Part shown: positions 51,720 to 64,000 of the stretch, piece after piece | Layout of the letters: each line of letters opens with the position of its first letter | Numbering within the stretch: position 1 is the stretch's first letter | From: Mobula hypostoma | Lineage: Eukaryota | Assembly (NCBI RefSeq): GCF_963921235.1 | Contig: NC_086108.1 | Location: 76,882,001-76,946,000, forward strand | Length of the DNA stretch: 64,000 nt | Reading direction: 5' to 3' | Notes under the pieces: model-generated | Database searches by the model: none | Told to the model about the DNA's origin: nothing | What the model saw: the letters and a program-made list of their open reading frames with translations, nothing else | Program-made: the position numbers and the translations under genes

Positions 51720-51970
51720 ACAAATGCACGACTTGCTGCGAAGTGGGTAGCACAGCTGTAGGATGCTGGTTTGCTGCCACCTATCGACCGGTCGCCGCCC
51801 GTGCGCTTTGTGCTTTGCACTTTCACCTTTCGCTGGCGGTCACGTGACCCTGCGTTCTCCGAGGCCTGGTGTAAGCTGAGCAAGATGTAGCCTCTTGGTT
51901 TGAATCTAATGACATCCTCTCTGTTTCTGTGAACTGCACGGAACGGATTATAACGGTGTGCAGCGTCCAG
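51720..51970 (+). promoter_or_regulatory. CpG-rich putative internal promoter with palindromic E-box GGTCACGTGACC (USF/TFEB-MITF-type)
   Basis: Local CpG enrichment outside any recognisable repeat. 12-bp palindrome GGTCACGTGACC at 51838-51849, palindrome CGACCGGTCG at 51785-51794, GC-box-like GCCGCCC. Confidence 0.6.
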
Positions 51971-51981
51971 GTGCTACATTC

Positions 51982-52074
51982 ATGCCAAGTAATATTGACA
52001 GGTTATCCCATTTCAATCCTGCCATGGACCCAGCAGGAGTGGAAGATCCAGAACACACCAATGGCAAGGAGGAA
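51982..52074 (+). CDS. RNF220: Putative alternative first coding exon of a short RNF220 isoform (MPSNIDRLSHFNPAMDPAGVEDPEHTNGKEE)
   Basis: In-frame ATGs at 51982 and 52024 (the latter in a GCCATGG Kozak context), upstream in-frame TGA at 51910-51912, donor GAA|GTAGGT at 52075. A 153-nt intron would join it in phase 0 to the exon at 52228. Lies directly downstream of a CpG-rich patch. Confidence 0.55.
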
Positions 52075-52227
52075 GTAGGTTTTGTTTACATCCTGTGTAG
52101 TTGAGCAATGAGAGAATCCACTGCAATCCATCTGATTCAGGCATATATTTCACTTATATTCAGATTGCATCTTACAGTTGAAGTGCTTCCTGTTTATTTT
52201 TCACCTTTCTTTTCTGTTTTTCTTTAG

Positions 52228-52270
52228 ACATTTTTGCGAGTAAGGTCCAACAGGCAAGCAAGGCTGAATG
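52228..52270 (+). CDS. RNF220: RNF220 internal coding exon (43 nt; equivalent of human exon 6)
   Basis: Acceptor ttctgtttttctttAG, donor GTAAGG. Encodes TFLRVRSNRQARLN plus 1 nt, versus recalled human TFLRVRANRQTRLN(A), which directly follows ...SDRYQ. Confidence 0.93.
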
Positions 52271-52664
52271 GTAAGGTTATGTTGTAATGCAACTTTTTAA
52301 ATACTGATCTGGGGGAAATTTTCTTTTTTGGAAGATGGAGGGAGGTATTTTAATTAAAGCAACATTCTTTGATTAAAAAACTTATTGTCATCAAGCTGTA
52401 AGTTTTCACTGTTTGCTATGATCTTGAATATTCCATTTGACGTTGTAGTAAGCATACTTTATATTGAGTAACTTTTTTACCTTCTATTTTGAATGTAAGG
52501 AATTAATGCACAAGGATTTCAAGTGTTTATTTTCAACATCAACCCTTTTTGGGGTTAATTCATCCTTAGTTTTAAGTGATCTCACACTTGATTCCCATGG
52601 CATTCTGTTGACTTTGTCTTTTTCTGACATCTGATTGAAACAGAAATAAACCTGATGACAGCAT

Positions 52665-52740
52665 TAACGTGTCACGTGAGAGCATTGTTTAAGAATAAAA
52701 ATTAAATTCTACCTGGCTTGACGCAACTCTTGACGCAATC
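52665..52740. promoter_or_regulatory. Intronic E-box (GTCACGTGA) plus tandem CTTGACGCAA bZIP-type sites
   Basis: GTCACGTGA at 52671-52679; CTTGACGCAA at 52717-52726 and 52729-52738. Confidence 0.35.
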
Positions 52741-53030
52741 TAGGATTCGCTAATCCAAACACCACTGTAATTATGTGGATCTTAATGAAGCATTTGAACA
52801 TAAAGTACAGAAAAGATACACCTGAAAATCTCAACTTTTAAAAAGTTGATTTGTCATTAAGCTAATCAATCTGGTGTAGGTAATGTATTGAGTTAGGCTG
52901 GTATGGCATATTTTTGATCAAAACTCTTAGTATCCTAACAAATTTCTTGTAACTGATCCACCTCAAATCAAACTTGACATATACAATGTTGAATCCTTGG
53001 GGTTTGGGTTAACTAGCTAGATTTAAATCT

Positions 53031-53182
53031 GAACACCAGAAATTCTGCAGACGTTGGAAATCTGAAGCAACACACAAAATGCTGGAGGAACTCAGCAGGT
53101 CAGGCAGCATCTATGAAATGAATAAATAGTTGACATTTCAGGCCGAGACCCTTTTTCATGACCTGCATTTGTGCGTGTTACT
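53031..53182 (-). repeat. Penelope pLTR-end derivative
   Basis: acacacaaaatgctggaggaactcagcaggtcaggcagcatctatg...gttgacatttcaggccgagaccc. Confidence 0.75.
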
Positions 53183-53965
53183 TTAGATTTGAGTCTCTAC
53201 AATCGCCGACACTACCAATTTCTACCCTTCGACGTGTGGTCACTGTTCCTACTGCACCTGCTTCAGCTCATCTGTTCATGAAACTCTTATCAATACTTTT
53301 GATATTTTGGGGTGACTAACTTTTTTTGTGACATGGAAAATGGTCTTGTGTAGTGTGGTTAGGATCTGCACAAAACTATCTTGCGCAGAGTGTGGATAAG
53401 GTCTGGAGTGACTGCTAGGTGTAATTGTTGAAGTAGATTCCTTTTTAGCATTTGGAGGGAATTTCGGTAAGGGTATGAAACGAAAGGATGTGAGAGTTTA
53501 TAGAAGACAGAAAAAGGAGACGGTTTAGAATGGGTACGGACATAATTGGTTGAATGACAGTTTTCTGTGCTGCAAGCATTATGTGATCTAGTGGATTACC
53601 TCATCATAACCTTAAAGGGCTGTGACCTAGAGATGCACTTCAGAAGCTTGAACGTAAAAAATCTTATTTGACAGTCCAGTGGATTTCTATCCAACTACTG
53701 TGATCTGGGTTGTACCACCTTAATACAAAGTTTTAAAACGAAACCTCGGCTGCCTTCTTGGGTGAAATATTATCCCTTCCATCTTGGCAAATGTTTATCC
53801 CCTCAATCTTGATGACTAAAACTGACCTTGGGTCATCATCTTAGTGCGTTTTCTGAAAAAGCATGCCTCTGTCACCTGTGTTGACCACCATCATTCTGTC
53901 TTCTAGAATTGTGAGGTCATTCAAAATTCTGCTGCTAATGTTCTAGATCGTAGTGAATTCTATGA

Positions 53966-54120
53966 AAGAAAATGGACAGTCAGTGTTTCAGATCGAGACC
54001 CTTGGTCCCGGCCTGAAAAGCTAATGGTCTATTTCCCTCCATTGAAGCTTCTGGACCCTCAGAGTTTTTCCAGTGCCATTTGTGTTGCTACATTTTCTCG
54101 CATCTGCAATCTCTTGCATC
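53966..54120. repeat. Degenerate Penelope pLTR-end derivative (short inverted form)
   Basis: cagtcagtgtttcagatcgagaccct...cggcctgaaaagctaatgg...gcatctgcaatctcttg. Confidence 0.55.
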
Positions 54121-55670
54121 TTCATACCAAATATTTTTAAGTGGTATGATCCAATGAGATGCCTTGGAACAACTTGCTGTGTGTGTGTATATTCATTTAA
54201 TGTAAACGTTTCCTTACACTAATTCTGGCTATTGTTATCTACACTATTAACCAAGGTTTTCCTAAAAAGATGACATCAAGTTCAAGATGCAACTTTGTAT
54301 GAAAAGGAAAGAACCTCTATAACTGTTAAAGAATTTGAGTGGAATCTCCTATCAGAGTTCAGATGGCATATATCAGCTAGCTGGGCTGTGCTCTTCCAGA
54401 ACATAACATCATATGATCTATTAATTAGATCATTAGTGTTTATGCAGCCACATGGAGTCTTTTTGTTGTAAACATTTGCATTGGGTTCATAGACTGTGAA
54501 TTAATTGTAGTTATCTTCTATCATCAATGGGCAATTTTTCTTTTGCGGTTGTCCATGCTTCAGTGAGGCTAAGTCACTGCACTCATTACCTCACTAAAAT
54601 GATCATCCCTGAGAAATGAAAACCTGAGCCTGTGTCCCCAACACAAAAAATCTGGGCCCTATTCATATTCTCTGCATGCAGAATGTCCTGATTTAAAAAA
54701 ATAGTTTTAACTATCTTCTGGTAGTAGAAAAAATACTGAAAAATATTCAATATTCCAGATCATTTCTTGGATGATAGCATTAGTAATAAAACAAACTTGA
54801 ACATGCTGGATGCTGTAATTGCCTTTAATTGGCTATCTTAATTGATACAAGATAAACTAATTAAAATTTTAATCATGGGATTAATTGCAGTTTTTTTGAA
54901 ACAGGCTAGCAGGTGCAATTCTGTATGTGTAGACATATGGTGAAATATTTCAAATTTTGCTTTATTTCTTTAATTATTATGTTCTCCACTTTGAAATTCT
55001 TTATCTTCATTATTAAGAAGAGTTGTGACAAAAATAACCTGCCTGAGAAATTATTAGTAGGCAGAATTTCATTGAAAAGTGTAAGCAGCTTTATTGGAAT
55101 CCCATATTAATAACGGTGAAAAGTACCTGCAATTTATTGTCGGTGTTTAACTGTTGAAGTGGAATGGGTCTCGGTAGTCCTGCTCACTGGACTTCTCATT
55201 TGTTATTGAGAAATGGAGGTGATGAGCCACATGGAGTGATGAGGGCAATATCTAATTATCCTGCCAGCTGGAATAACATCAGTGCTTCCACCAGCACAAG
55301 TGGTAGCAAAAGGGTAAAATAAGCAGTTGAATTGATGGAATTGCCCCAGTGGCTGGCTTTTTTTAGTTGTAAGCAATATGGTCTGAATTGCGCAGAATGG
55401 TGGTGTATGGATTTTTAGTATGTTTTTGAGTGTCCTTTTGTTCCTGCCCATATTAAAGAATTATATACAATTATTTGCATGGCCATTTGGGTAATAACCT
55501 GTGGTTGGCTTTTTGGGAATTCTTGCTGTCCATCTCTCATATTTTAATTGACACTTATTTCCATTGTTAACTTATGTCAGTGTTATACGTTTTGAATCCT
55601 GGAAAGTGAATAGAAAAGGAAGTTGAACTCTATATCTAAAGTAATTGCAGAGATATTCTATATTTTTATT

Positions 55671-55802
55671 AGTCCTGCCGAAGTGTTTTGGCCCAAAATG
55701 TTGACTGCACTTTTTTCCATAGATGCTGCCTGGCCTGCTGAGTTCCTCCAGCATTTTGTGTGTTGCTCGGATTTCCAGCATCTACAGATTTTCTCTTGTT
55801 TG
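55671..55802 (+). repeat. Penelope pLTR-end derivative with mutated hammerhead core
   Basis: agtcctgccgaagtgttttggcccaaaatgttgact...gatgctgcctggcctgctgagttcctccagc. Confidence 0.75.
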
Positions 55803-57244
55803 TCCATATTTTTAGTTGTCATTTTATCTGTACGTATCAATAGTCCCACAATTCCTCATCCCTTTTTGGGCAGCTACTTCATTACGATCAGGACAACTTT
55901 CATTGCTTCATTACTACAATACTGTATAATAGGAACATTCTGTGCTGAATAGACATGACTGAGATCTTAAAGGAGTGTAGGAAATTAGCAAAGACTTCTG
56001 TAGGGTACCTTTGGCTTGTTGGTGCGGAGAATAAGTATATGCTTGTCAGGTCATTTGCATGTTCTTCAGACTATTCCGAGTTTTTAATGCACCCATGTTC
56101 CTTCATTACCAAAACGCCTGTTTATAAATGGAGGAATAACATGGAATAGAGATGTTCTTTTCTCTATATGAGAAAGGCTTCTATTCTCTATATAAGTAGG
56201 GGTTAGATTGATCTTAGAGTAGGTTAAAAGTACAGCACAATATCGTGGGCCGAAGGGTCTATACTGTCTGTTATGTTCTAATAATAATATATTATCTGAA
56301 TTATACTTTTAGTGGCTTTTCACAGTGCATTTTTGCATGCATGTTGAAATTAAAAGTAAGATCTCAAGAGTATCGAACTTGAGCTCAGATCTATTTTGAT
56401 CTTATATTTCCTAGGTATTAAGTTTGACTTTCATTTCCAACTTGTAGTTTTGAAAAATGGTACATATTCTGGATTACATCTATAAGAAAGTTGGCTAAGA
56501 GTATTATGAGACTAATATAATCAAGTGCATAAATAAGTTCAAGAAAATAATGCCTGTATGGTTTGTTGTTGTCATTTTTTAATAAAACATCAGAATAATT
56601 GTACATGCTGGGAATTTAGATTAAAGGAACAACAGATGCTATAGATGAGGTAACACCTGTGGTGAAAAGAAGATAATTACTGCAGAAAGTTCAATGAATA
56701 ATATGTTAACCGTGTCATCCTCCCTTCACAGATGCTGCTTAATTTTGATAGCACTTTTTGTGTTGTCTTCTCCATAGGAACAATCACAGCTTAAGGAAGG
56801 GATGATGAGTTAGAAGTATTATCCATTATAAACTGAAGACACAATTCTAAAGATGTACAAGTACAGGAATCTGATGATATATGAGCATAGGTCGTTGGAA
56901 ATAGCAGGGCAGCTTGAGAAAATAGTTAAACAGGCCTGATATCCAGGGTTATATAAATGGAGGCATTGAATAAAAGAGCAAGGAGGTCTTGAGCCTTCAT
57001 AAAGTGAGAACTGAGCCAATGGCCTCCTTTGCTGCAAGTAGTTCTGTGAAATGAGACTATTTAAGTTGAATTAAAGAATAAAAATGGGATAGAAACACTT
57101 GGGAATGTAATTGAAGATGGGTGAGAGAGAGAAAGAGTGAGAGAAGTGCTGGAGCAGTTATGATGGGGTATTTTAGTTCTATTAACTATGGGAGAGTCAG
57201 TATAAATATGACAGAAGGCATAGCCTTCCTAAATTGTACTCAAC

Positions 57245-59990
57245 AAAAGTTCAAAGTAAATTTATTATCAAAGTACATATATGTCATCATATATAATCCT
57301 GAAATTCATTTTACTTGTGGGCATACTCAATAAATCCAATAACCATAATAGGATCAATGGAAAACCACACCAACAGGGCAGACAACCAGTGTGCAAAAGA
57401 CAGGAAACTGTACAAATACAAAAAGAAAGGGAAAAAAACAACCAACCAAACAAATAATAGTCCTTGAAAGTGAGTTCATAGGTTGTGGGAACAATTCAGT
57501 GATGGGATAATTGAAGTTACCCTTCTGGTTCAATAACCTGATGGTTGAGGGGCAGTAACCGTTCCTGCACCTGGTGGTGGGAAAGGCTTTACCCACGATG
57601 GACTGGGCTGTATCCACTACTTTTTGGAGGATTTTCTGTTCAAGGGCTTTGGTGTTTCCGTACCAAGCAGAAATGCAGCTAGTCAATATACTCTCCTCCA
57701 CACATCTGTGGAAGTTAATCAAAGTTATAGATATCATTCTGAATCTTTGCAAACTCTTAAAGAAGTCAAGGCGCTGTCATGCTTTCTTCGTAACTGCTCT
57801 TGTTTGCGGGGCCCAGGACAGGCCTTCTGAAGTGATGACACCGAGGAATTTAAAGTTTCTGACCCCTTCTACCTCTGATCTCCCGATGAGGATTAGCTCA
57901 TGGACCTCTGGTTTTCTCCTCCTGAAGTCAATAATCAACTCCTTGGTCTTGCTGACATTAAATAAGAAGTTGTTGTGGAACCACAAATTTTCAGTCTCTC
58001 TCCTGCATGCTGATTGGTCACAACTTTTGATTCGACCTACAATAGTTGTGTCATTAGCAAACTTAAATATGCCATTAGAGCTGTGCTTAGCCTCACAGTT
58101 ATGTGTAAAAGTGAGTAGAGCAGGGGCTAGGCACACAGCCTTGTGCTGCACCTGTGCTGATGGCGATTGTGGAGATGTTGCCAATCCAAACTGGGGTCTG
58201 CAAGTGAGGAAATCGAGCATCCGATTGCACAAGGAGGTATTGAGGCCAAGGTCTTGAACTTTATTGATTAGTTTTGAGGGGGTGATGGGATTGAGTGCCA
58301 AGCTGTAGTCAATAAGCAGCATCCTGATGAATGCACCTTTGCTGTCCAGATGTTCCAGGGTTGAGTGAAGAGCCAATGAGATGGCATCTGCTGTGGATCC
58401 GTTGTGCTGGTAGGCAAATTGGAGCGGATCCAAATTGGTTCTCAGGCAGAAATTGATATGTTTCATCACCAACCTTTCAATTCATTTCATCACTGTGGAT
58501 GTAAGTGGTATTGGATGATAGTCATTGAGACAGATTACCCCGTGCTTCGGCACTGGTATAATTGAAGCTTGCCTTAAGCAGGTGGGTACCTCAGAATGCT
58601 GAAGTGAGAAGTTAAAGATCTCAGTGAACACTCTAGCCAGCTGATCAGCTTGGGTCTTTAGTACTTGGTCAGGTACCCTACCTGGGCCGGATGCTTTCCA
58701 TAGGTTCACCCTCCTGAAGGATGCTCTCACACTGGCCTCAGAGACTGAAATCACAGGATTATCAGAGGCTGTGGGAGTTGTTGATGGTTTTTCCATGTCT
58801 TGACGGTCAAAGAGAGCATAGAAGGCATTGAGCTCATCTGGAAGCGAAGCCCTTTTGTCACCTATGTCACTTGATTTCACTTTGGCAGAGGTAATAGCAT
58901 TCAACCTTGCCACACCTGTCAACTATCCTTCATTGATTCAAATTTAGTCCGGAATTGTAACTTTGCCTATGAGATGGCTTTCCGGAGATCGTGGCTGGAC
59001 CACTTGTAACTTTCTTGATTGCCAGATTTGAATATCTTTAATCTGGCCCTCGGCAGGTTGTGGAATTTATGGTTCATTCAGGGCTTCTGGTTGGGGACAC
59101 ACTCATTTACGACTTTTTATAAAGTACCTGACAACTGTGCTGTTTTCATTCAGATCCACAGAAGAGTTCTTGCACACAGCCCTGTCCACCGACTCGAAAC
59201 AATACGTTAGCCACTCCTCTGTCTCCTGCAACTACCCCTTTGTTGTCCTAATATCTGGAGCCTTGATCTTTAGCCTCTGCCTGAATGCAGGACAGCCAAA
59301 TGATCCAATTTCCCAAAGCGTGGTCTGGGCATGGAATGGTAGGCATTCCTTATCTTAGTATAGCAGTGGTCTAGTGCGTTGGGACCTTTGGTGCTACAGG
59401 TTATATGCTGATTTCTTCTAAAAAGCATAATTGAAATCCCTAATATGATTTGAAATATGTCAGGGTGGACTGTTTCTTTGGTGATGGCATCATCTGGTGC
59501 AGTATCTCAAGTGCCTGATTACAGTCAGCTGTTGGTGCTGTGTAAACTGCAGTCAGGATCACAGAGGAGACGTACCTTGATAAATAGAATAGTCAGCATT
59601 TAATAATTAGGTGTTCAAGGTTGAATCGCTAAGAAAATCGCCACATTGGAGCACCACAAAAAGTTTATCATGAAACACACATCTCCACCTTTTGCCTTTT
59701 CTGAGTCAGCAGTTCGGTCCATCCTGTGTATAGAGAGCTTCAGGTATGATCGCTGTATCTGGCATACTGTGAATAAGCCATGTCTCGGTAAAACACAGAA
59801 CTCAATAATTTCTCATTTCCCTTCAATACAGCAAATTTGCCCGTCAGGTCTTCAGTTTTGTTCTCTAGTGACTGCACATTTGCTAACAAGATGCTTGGTA
59901 GAGGGGGCCTCATTCCTCTGCATTTCAATCTGGCTTAGAGTCCCTCACCGCCTACCCCCCTCCCCCTGCCTCGCTTCTGGCCATGGCGAT
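57245..59990 (-). mobile_element. Long degenerate Rex1/Babar-like LINE (endonuclease to 3' UTR, with deletions)
   Basis: RPPLPSILLANVQSLENK (EN start), [29 protein letters not shown] and ESILTSCISAWYGN in several broken frames. Confidence 0.85.
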
Positions 59991-60014
59991 GCACCTTTGT
60001 CCTTTAAAGGTGCC

Positions 60015-60670
60015 ATTCTACAGAGGATGTATGGAGAGCATCTTGAGCAACTGCATCACTGCCTGGTCTGGAAATTGTACTGTCTCGGATCGCAAGACCC
60101 TGCAGCAGATAGTGAGGTCAGCTGAGAAGATCAGCGGGGTCTCTCTTCTCGCCATTACAGACATTTACACCACACGCTGCACCCGTAAAGCCAACAGCAT
60201 TGTGAAGGACCCCACGCACCCCTCATACAAACTCTTCTCCCTCCTGTCATCTGGCAAAAGGCACCGAAGCATTCGGACTCTCACGACCAGACTGTGTAAC
60301 AGTTTCTTCCCCCAAGCCATCAGACTCCTTAATACCCAGAGTCTAGACTGACATCTACTTCATTTATTATTATATTGTAATTTGATCTCTACTGTGCCTA
60401 TTTTCTTGTTTATGATTTATTGTACTGCCCTGCACTGTTTTGTGCACTTTATGTAGTCCTGTTTAGGTCTGTAGTCAGGTGTTGTTTTTGTGTTGTTTTA
60501 CGTAGTCTAGTGTAGTCTTGTGTTGTCTCACTTAGTCTAGTGTAGTTTTGTGCTGTTTCATGTAGCACCATGGTCCTGGAGGAACGTTGTTTCATTTTTA
60601 CTGTGTACTGTACCAGCAGTTTATGGTCGAAATGACTGTACCAGCAGTTTATGGTCGAAATGACAGTACA
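60015..60670 (+). mobile_element. Rex1/Babar-like LINE 3' fragment
   Basis: FYRGCMESILSNCITAWSGNC...NSFFPQAIRLLN; 28-bp tandem duplication at 60608-60663 at its 3' end. Confidence 0.8.
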
Positions 60671-61129
60671 AAGCAAATATTAAAAAAACCTGCTTGCTTG
60701 AGAGTTAAGTCTGCTGAGTCCTTTACAAGATCATGAAATCTGTAGTTCATAGGGTCGATTGAAAAGTATGTTGCTTAAAGGGTAATTACATGCTGCAGAT
60801 TGCAGTGAGTGAGAATAATTCAAAAGAGGTATATTTAGAAGTATTGTATGTAGCCTGCAGAAATCACTGTGTTCACCGACACCATACTTGGTTTGTAGGT
60901 AAACCAACAATTGGTGGGGTTGGGTTATTGGGAATTGATTTGGTTTTATCAAATATAAAATGCCAGAACTCCTTGACAGGTCAAACAACATCTTGTAGAG
61001 AGAATAGAGTTAGTGTAATCAACCTGAAACACTGACATTTTTTCCCCTTTCTACACACATTGTGCGACCCACCATTTATTCCAGCATTTCCTGTTTCCAG
61101 AATCTGGCGATTTTATTTTTCTTTAGGGA

Positions 61130-63720
61130 ATGAAACTGAGCAGTTGAAAGAAGCATCAGTGGAAGATTGTTTTTATTGTTGTGATCATAATTCAGTTAGG
61201 TTTAACATAGTTATAGAAAAGGACGAAGGTAAAATAGGGTTAAAGGTTCAATATTGGGATAAGGTCAACTTAATTGGGCTGAGAAATGATTTACTAAAAG
61301 CGCACCAGAAATAGCTGCTTGAAGGTAAATCAGTCTAGGAGCAATCGCAGGCATTTTAGAAGGATATTTTAGGGCTCCAAGTAAACGTATTCCTGCAAAG
61401 AAAAGCATGTGATGCCAAACCTGGAGTCCCTGGATGACCAGGTGCATAGAGGATAAGGTCAGGCAAGAAAGGGAGGTTTATATGAGACACCAAGAAATGA
61501 ATACCACAGAAAACCTGGAAGTATATGGAGAGTTTTGAAGTGAAATTTGAACGGAAAATTAAAAGGCCATATAATAGCAACACGGGATTTATTATAAATC
61601 AGGAAATTTATGGTGCATGTTAAAAAGGTTATATAGTAATTATGGAAGACGTATAGACTGGACCAACCAAATAGGTAATAATAGCTCAGAAGACAAATTC
61701 ATAGACTGTATGCCTTTCTTGATTAGCATTTTGAGGAACATACATCTTACTGTAGATAAAAGTATTTTGCATCAAGATGGATTAACTAAAATTCCAATAA
61801 GAGGGCTTTTAGAGAAAAATATTAAAGTCGAGTTTGTCACATGTATAAGATAATGTATATATGTGCATAGGTACAATGATAAACTTACTTGCAACAGCAT
61901 TACAGGCACACAGCATCATATAAGCAGCAATCACAAGAAAAACATAAAACATTTTTAACAGGAAAGAGCACAATTACAACTAAAACAAGTGCAAAAAGTA
62001 GTTCAAGTGGTCACAAACTGTAGTGATTAGGGTTGTGCCAGTTGGTTCATGAACCATATGATTGAAGGGAAACAGCTGTTCTTTATGAACCTGTTGGTGT
62101 GAAATTTCGGTACCTTCTGCCCATCGGTAGCTGTGAGAAGATAGCATGGCCCCGATGGTGTGATTCCATAAAATCAGCCAATGGAGGGAAGCGATGTGCT
62201 CATGGTATTGGGCAGAGTCTGCTACTCTATACAGTTTTTTATGTTCCTACACTTTTGAATTGCTGTACCCAGGACCTGATGTTCTGTATTGCAAGTTTTG
62301 AATGAGCTGACTGTGGAGATGATAGATGTACTAGTTGTTATCTTTAACATTCCATAGAGTTTAGAATGTTTGTAACAAATTGGAAGGGAATAAATGTAAC
62401 CTCAGTTTAAAAAAAAGGTTGAAGAGAGAAAACGATGAACTATAGACTGGTAAACAGGTGATGGGAGTTAAAAAAAAAGCTAGAATCTATTAATTAGAAA
62501 GTTTACACCGCACTTGGGGAGGAGGGAGTGGGAGGAGCAGTGAATGGATTGGGTGGGTTAGCCTTGGATCAGAATCAGAAGCAAGTTTAATATCACCAGT
62601 ATTTGTCGTGAAATGTATTAACTTAGTGGCAGCAGTACAATACATGACAATAAGAAAAAAATAAGTTGTGTGTGTGCATGTGTGTATGTATATGTGTGTG
62701 TGTGTGTGTTTACACACACACACACACTATTTATAATAGTTCAATTAAAAGCAGTGCAAAAGTGAGGTAGTGTTCATGGGTTCCATTTTCATTTAGGAAT
62801 CGGATGGCAGAGGAGAAGCAGTTTTTCCTGAATTGCTGAGTGGGGAAGTCCTTAATAATGGACGGTGCCTTTCTGAGGCACCACTTCTTGAAGGTGTCTT
62901 GGATACTACGGAGGCTCGTACCCAAGATGGAGCCGACTAATATTGCAGCTTTTTTGCGAAAGAGAAATTAAGTTTGCCATATAACATACTGATATATTAA
63001 TATTTAACATACTGCTACACGCAAAGGGCTAGTTAACAGGCAGATAGTAAGAATAAATGGATGGCTTTCAAGTTGGGAGGCTGTAACTAGTGGGAAACTG
63101 CAGTGATCAGTGCCTGGGCACTAGTTATTCACAATTTATGTCAATGATTTGGATTAGGAGACTATGTGTAATCTAGGTTTGCTGATGATTTTATGCTGGG
63201 AGGTATTGTTGCTTATGCTTTGGATTTGGCAAGAGTTTAAGGGATATGGGTAAACTATAACTTATAAGCATGCAGGAGCCCATTAGCCCAATTTCCTTAT
63301 TTCCCTGCATTTCTCACTCCTCATATAGGAGCATCCAGGAGTTCCCATCTGTTAAATGGAGAGAACATGCTCACTTTACTCAGACAGCAATCCGGATTGA
63401 ACCTGGCTTCCTAAAACTTTGAGGCTTAGAAATTGAGTCTTAGAATGTAAGATTGGGAGGTTTTCCTAGAACTGCTTATAATGCTAATTAGGCCATGGCT
63501 GAGTCAATCCTCCACATTGTAGGAGAGATGAGATGGCATTTAAGAGGATATAGAGAAGATTTATGCGAATGTTGCCAGGACTGAAAATTGTAACTATGAA
63601 GAAAGGATGGGTAAAATTGAGTTATTTTCCATGGAACTTTTTTCAACTGGCACAAGTTTAAAGGACCAAATGGCCTTCTCCTGTATCATCAATTCCCAAT
63701 GGTTCTTTCTATGATTCTGA
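61130..63720. mobile_element. Mosaic of degenerate CR1 (+) and Rex1-like (-) fragments
   Basis: CDHNSVRFNIVIEKD (CR1 EN end), gtaactagtggg...tttgctgatga (CR1 RT), NCFSSAIRFLN (Rex1-like end, minus), (GT)n/(AC)n at 62668-62727. Confidence 0.6.
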
Positions 63721-64000
63721 TTTGTTTACCTGCAATCATTTGAGTATTCTGCCAGGAAGTTGGGGATTTTTGATACTATTTGACATTATTTAGTATAAAT
63801 TGAGATATGGATTTATAGCAAGTTCATTTGATTAACTCTTGAAGTGAAATTAGAGTGCCTTTGCACTGCTTTATTTTTTATAGTGAAATCAGTGTTTATA
63901 GTTTTTGAGAGGGAGAGAGCGACTGAGACTCTCATTCTACAGGTGCTGACTGACATGTATTTAAGTTTCCCCTGAATTCAAGTTAAGTTTCATTTTAAAA

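Noticed and set aside
51590..51883. 97-aa minus ORF over the CpG patch
   Set aside because: Non-ATG start and no recognisable protein; explained by GC-rich promoter sequence.
60490..60665. Short tandem repeats resembling an array
   Set aside because: No unique spacers; 3' UTR duplications of a LINE in a eukaryotic genome, not CRISPR.
62668..62727. (GT)n followed by (AC)n hairpin
   Set aside because: Simple microsatellite within a LINE 3' UTR remnant.

Overview
Vertebrate genomic DNA. The repeat repertoire (V-SINE/HE1-like SINEs, CR1, Rex1/Babar, RTE, Penelope-like elements, Tc1) points to a cartilaginous fish, probably a ray; this is inference. The window lies inside a + strand RNF220 (RING E3 ligase) gene. 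Three short coding exons are recognisable from splice signals, phases and recalled similarity to human RNF220: 13742-13787, 43019-43114 and 52228-52270. The rest is intron: TE-free motif-rich stretches that look like conserved enhancers, and many transposon insertions, including a deeply nested stack at about 20.4-29.5 kb. Most interesting: (1) a canonical -1 frameshift heptamer (U UUA AAC) in the 16-nt ORF1/ORF2 overlap of a young CR1 LINE whose intact ORF2 has no usable AUG; (2) a Penelope-like element with inverted pseudo-LTRs, each carrying an intact minimal hammerhead ribozyme, plus many miniature derivatives; (3) an internal CpG/E-box promoter with a putative alternative first coding exon that would give an N-truncated RNF220; (4) a candidate 21-nt microexon only 44 nt upstream of a constitutive exon. 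No database searches were run. Boundaries of degenerate repeats are approximate.
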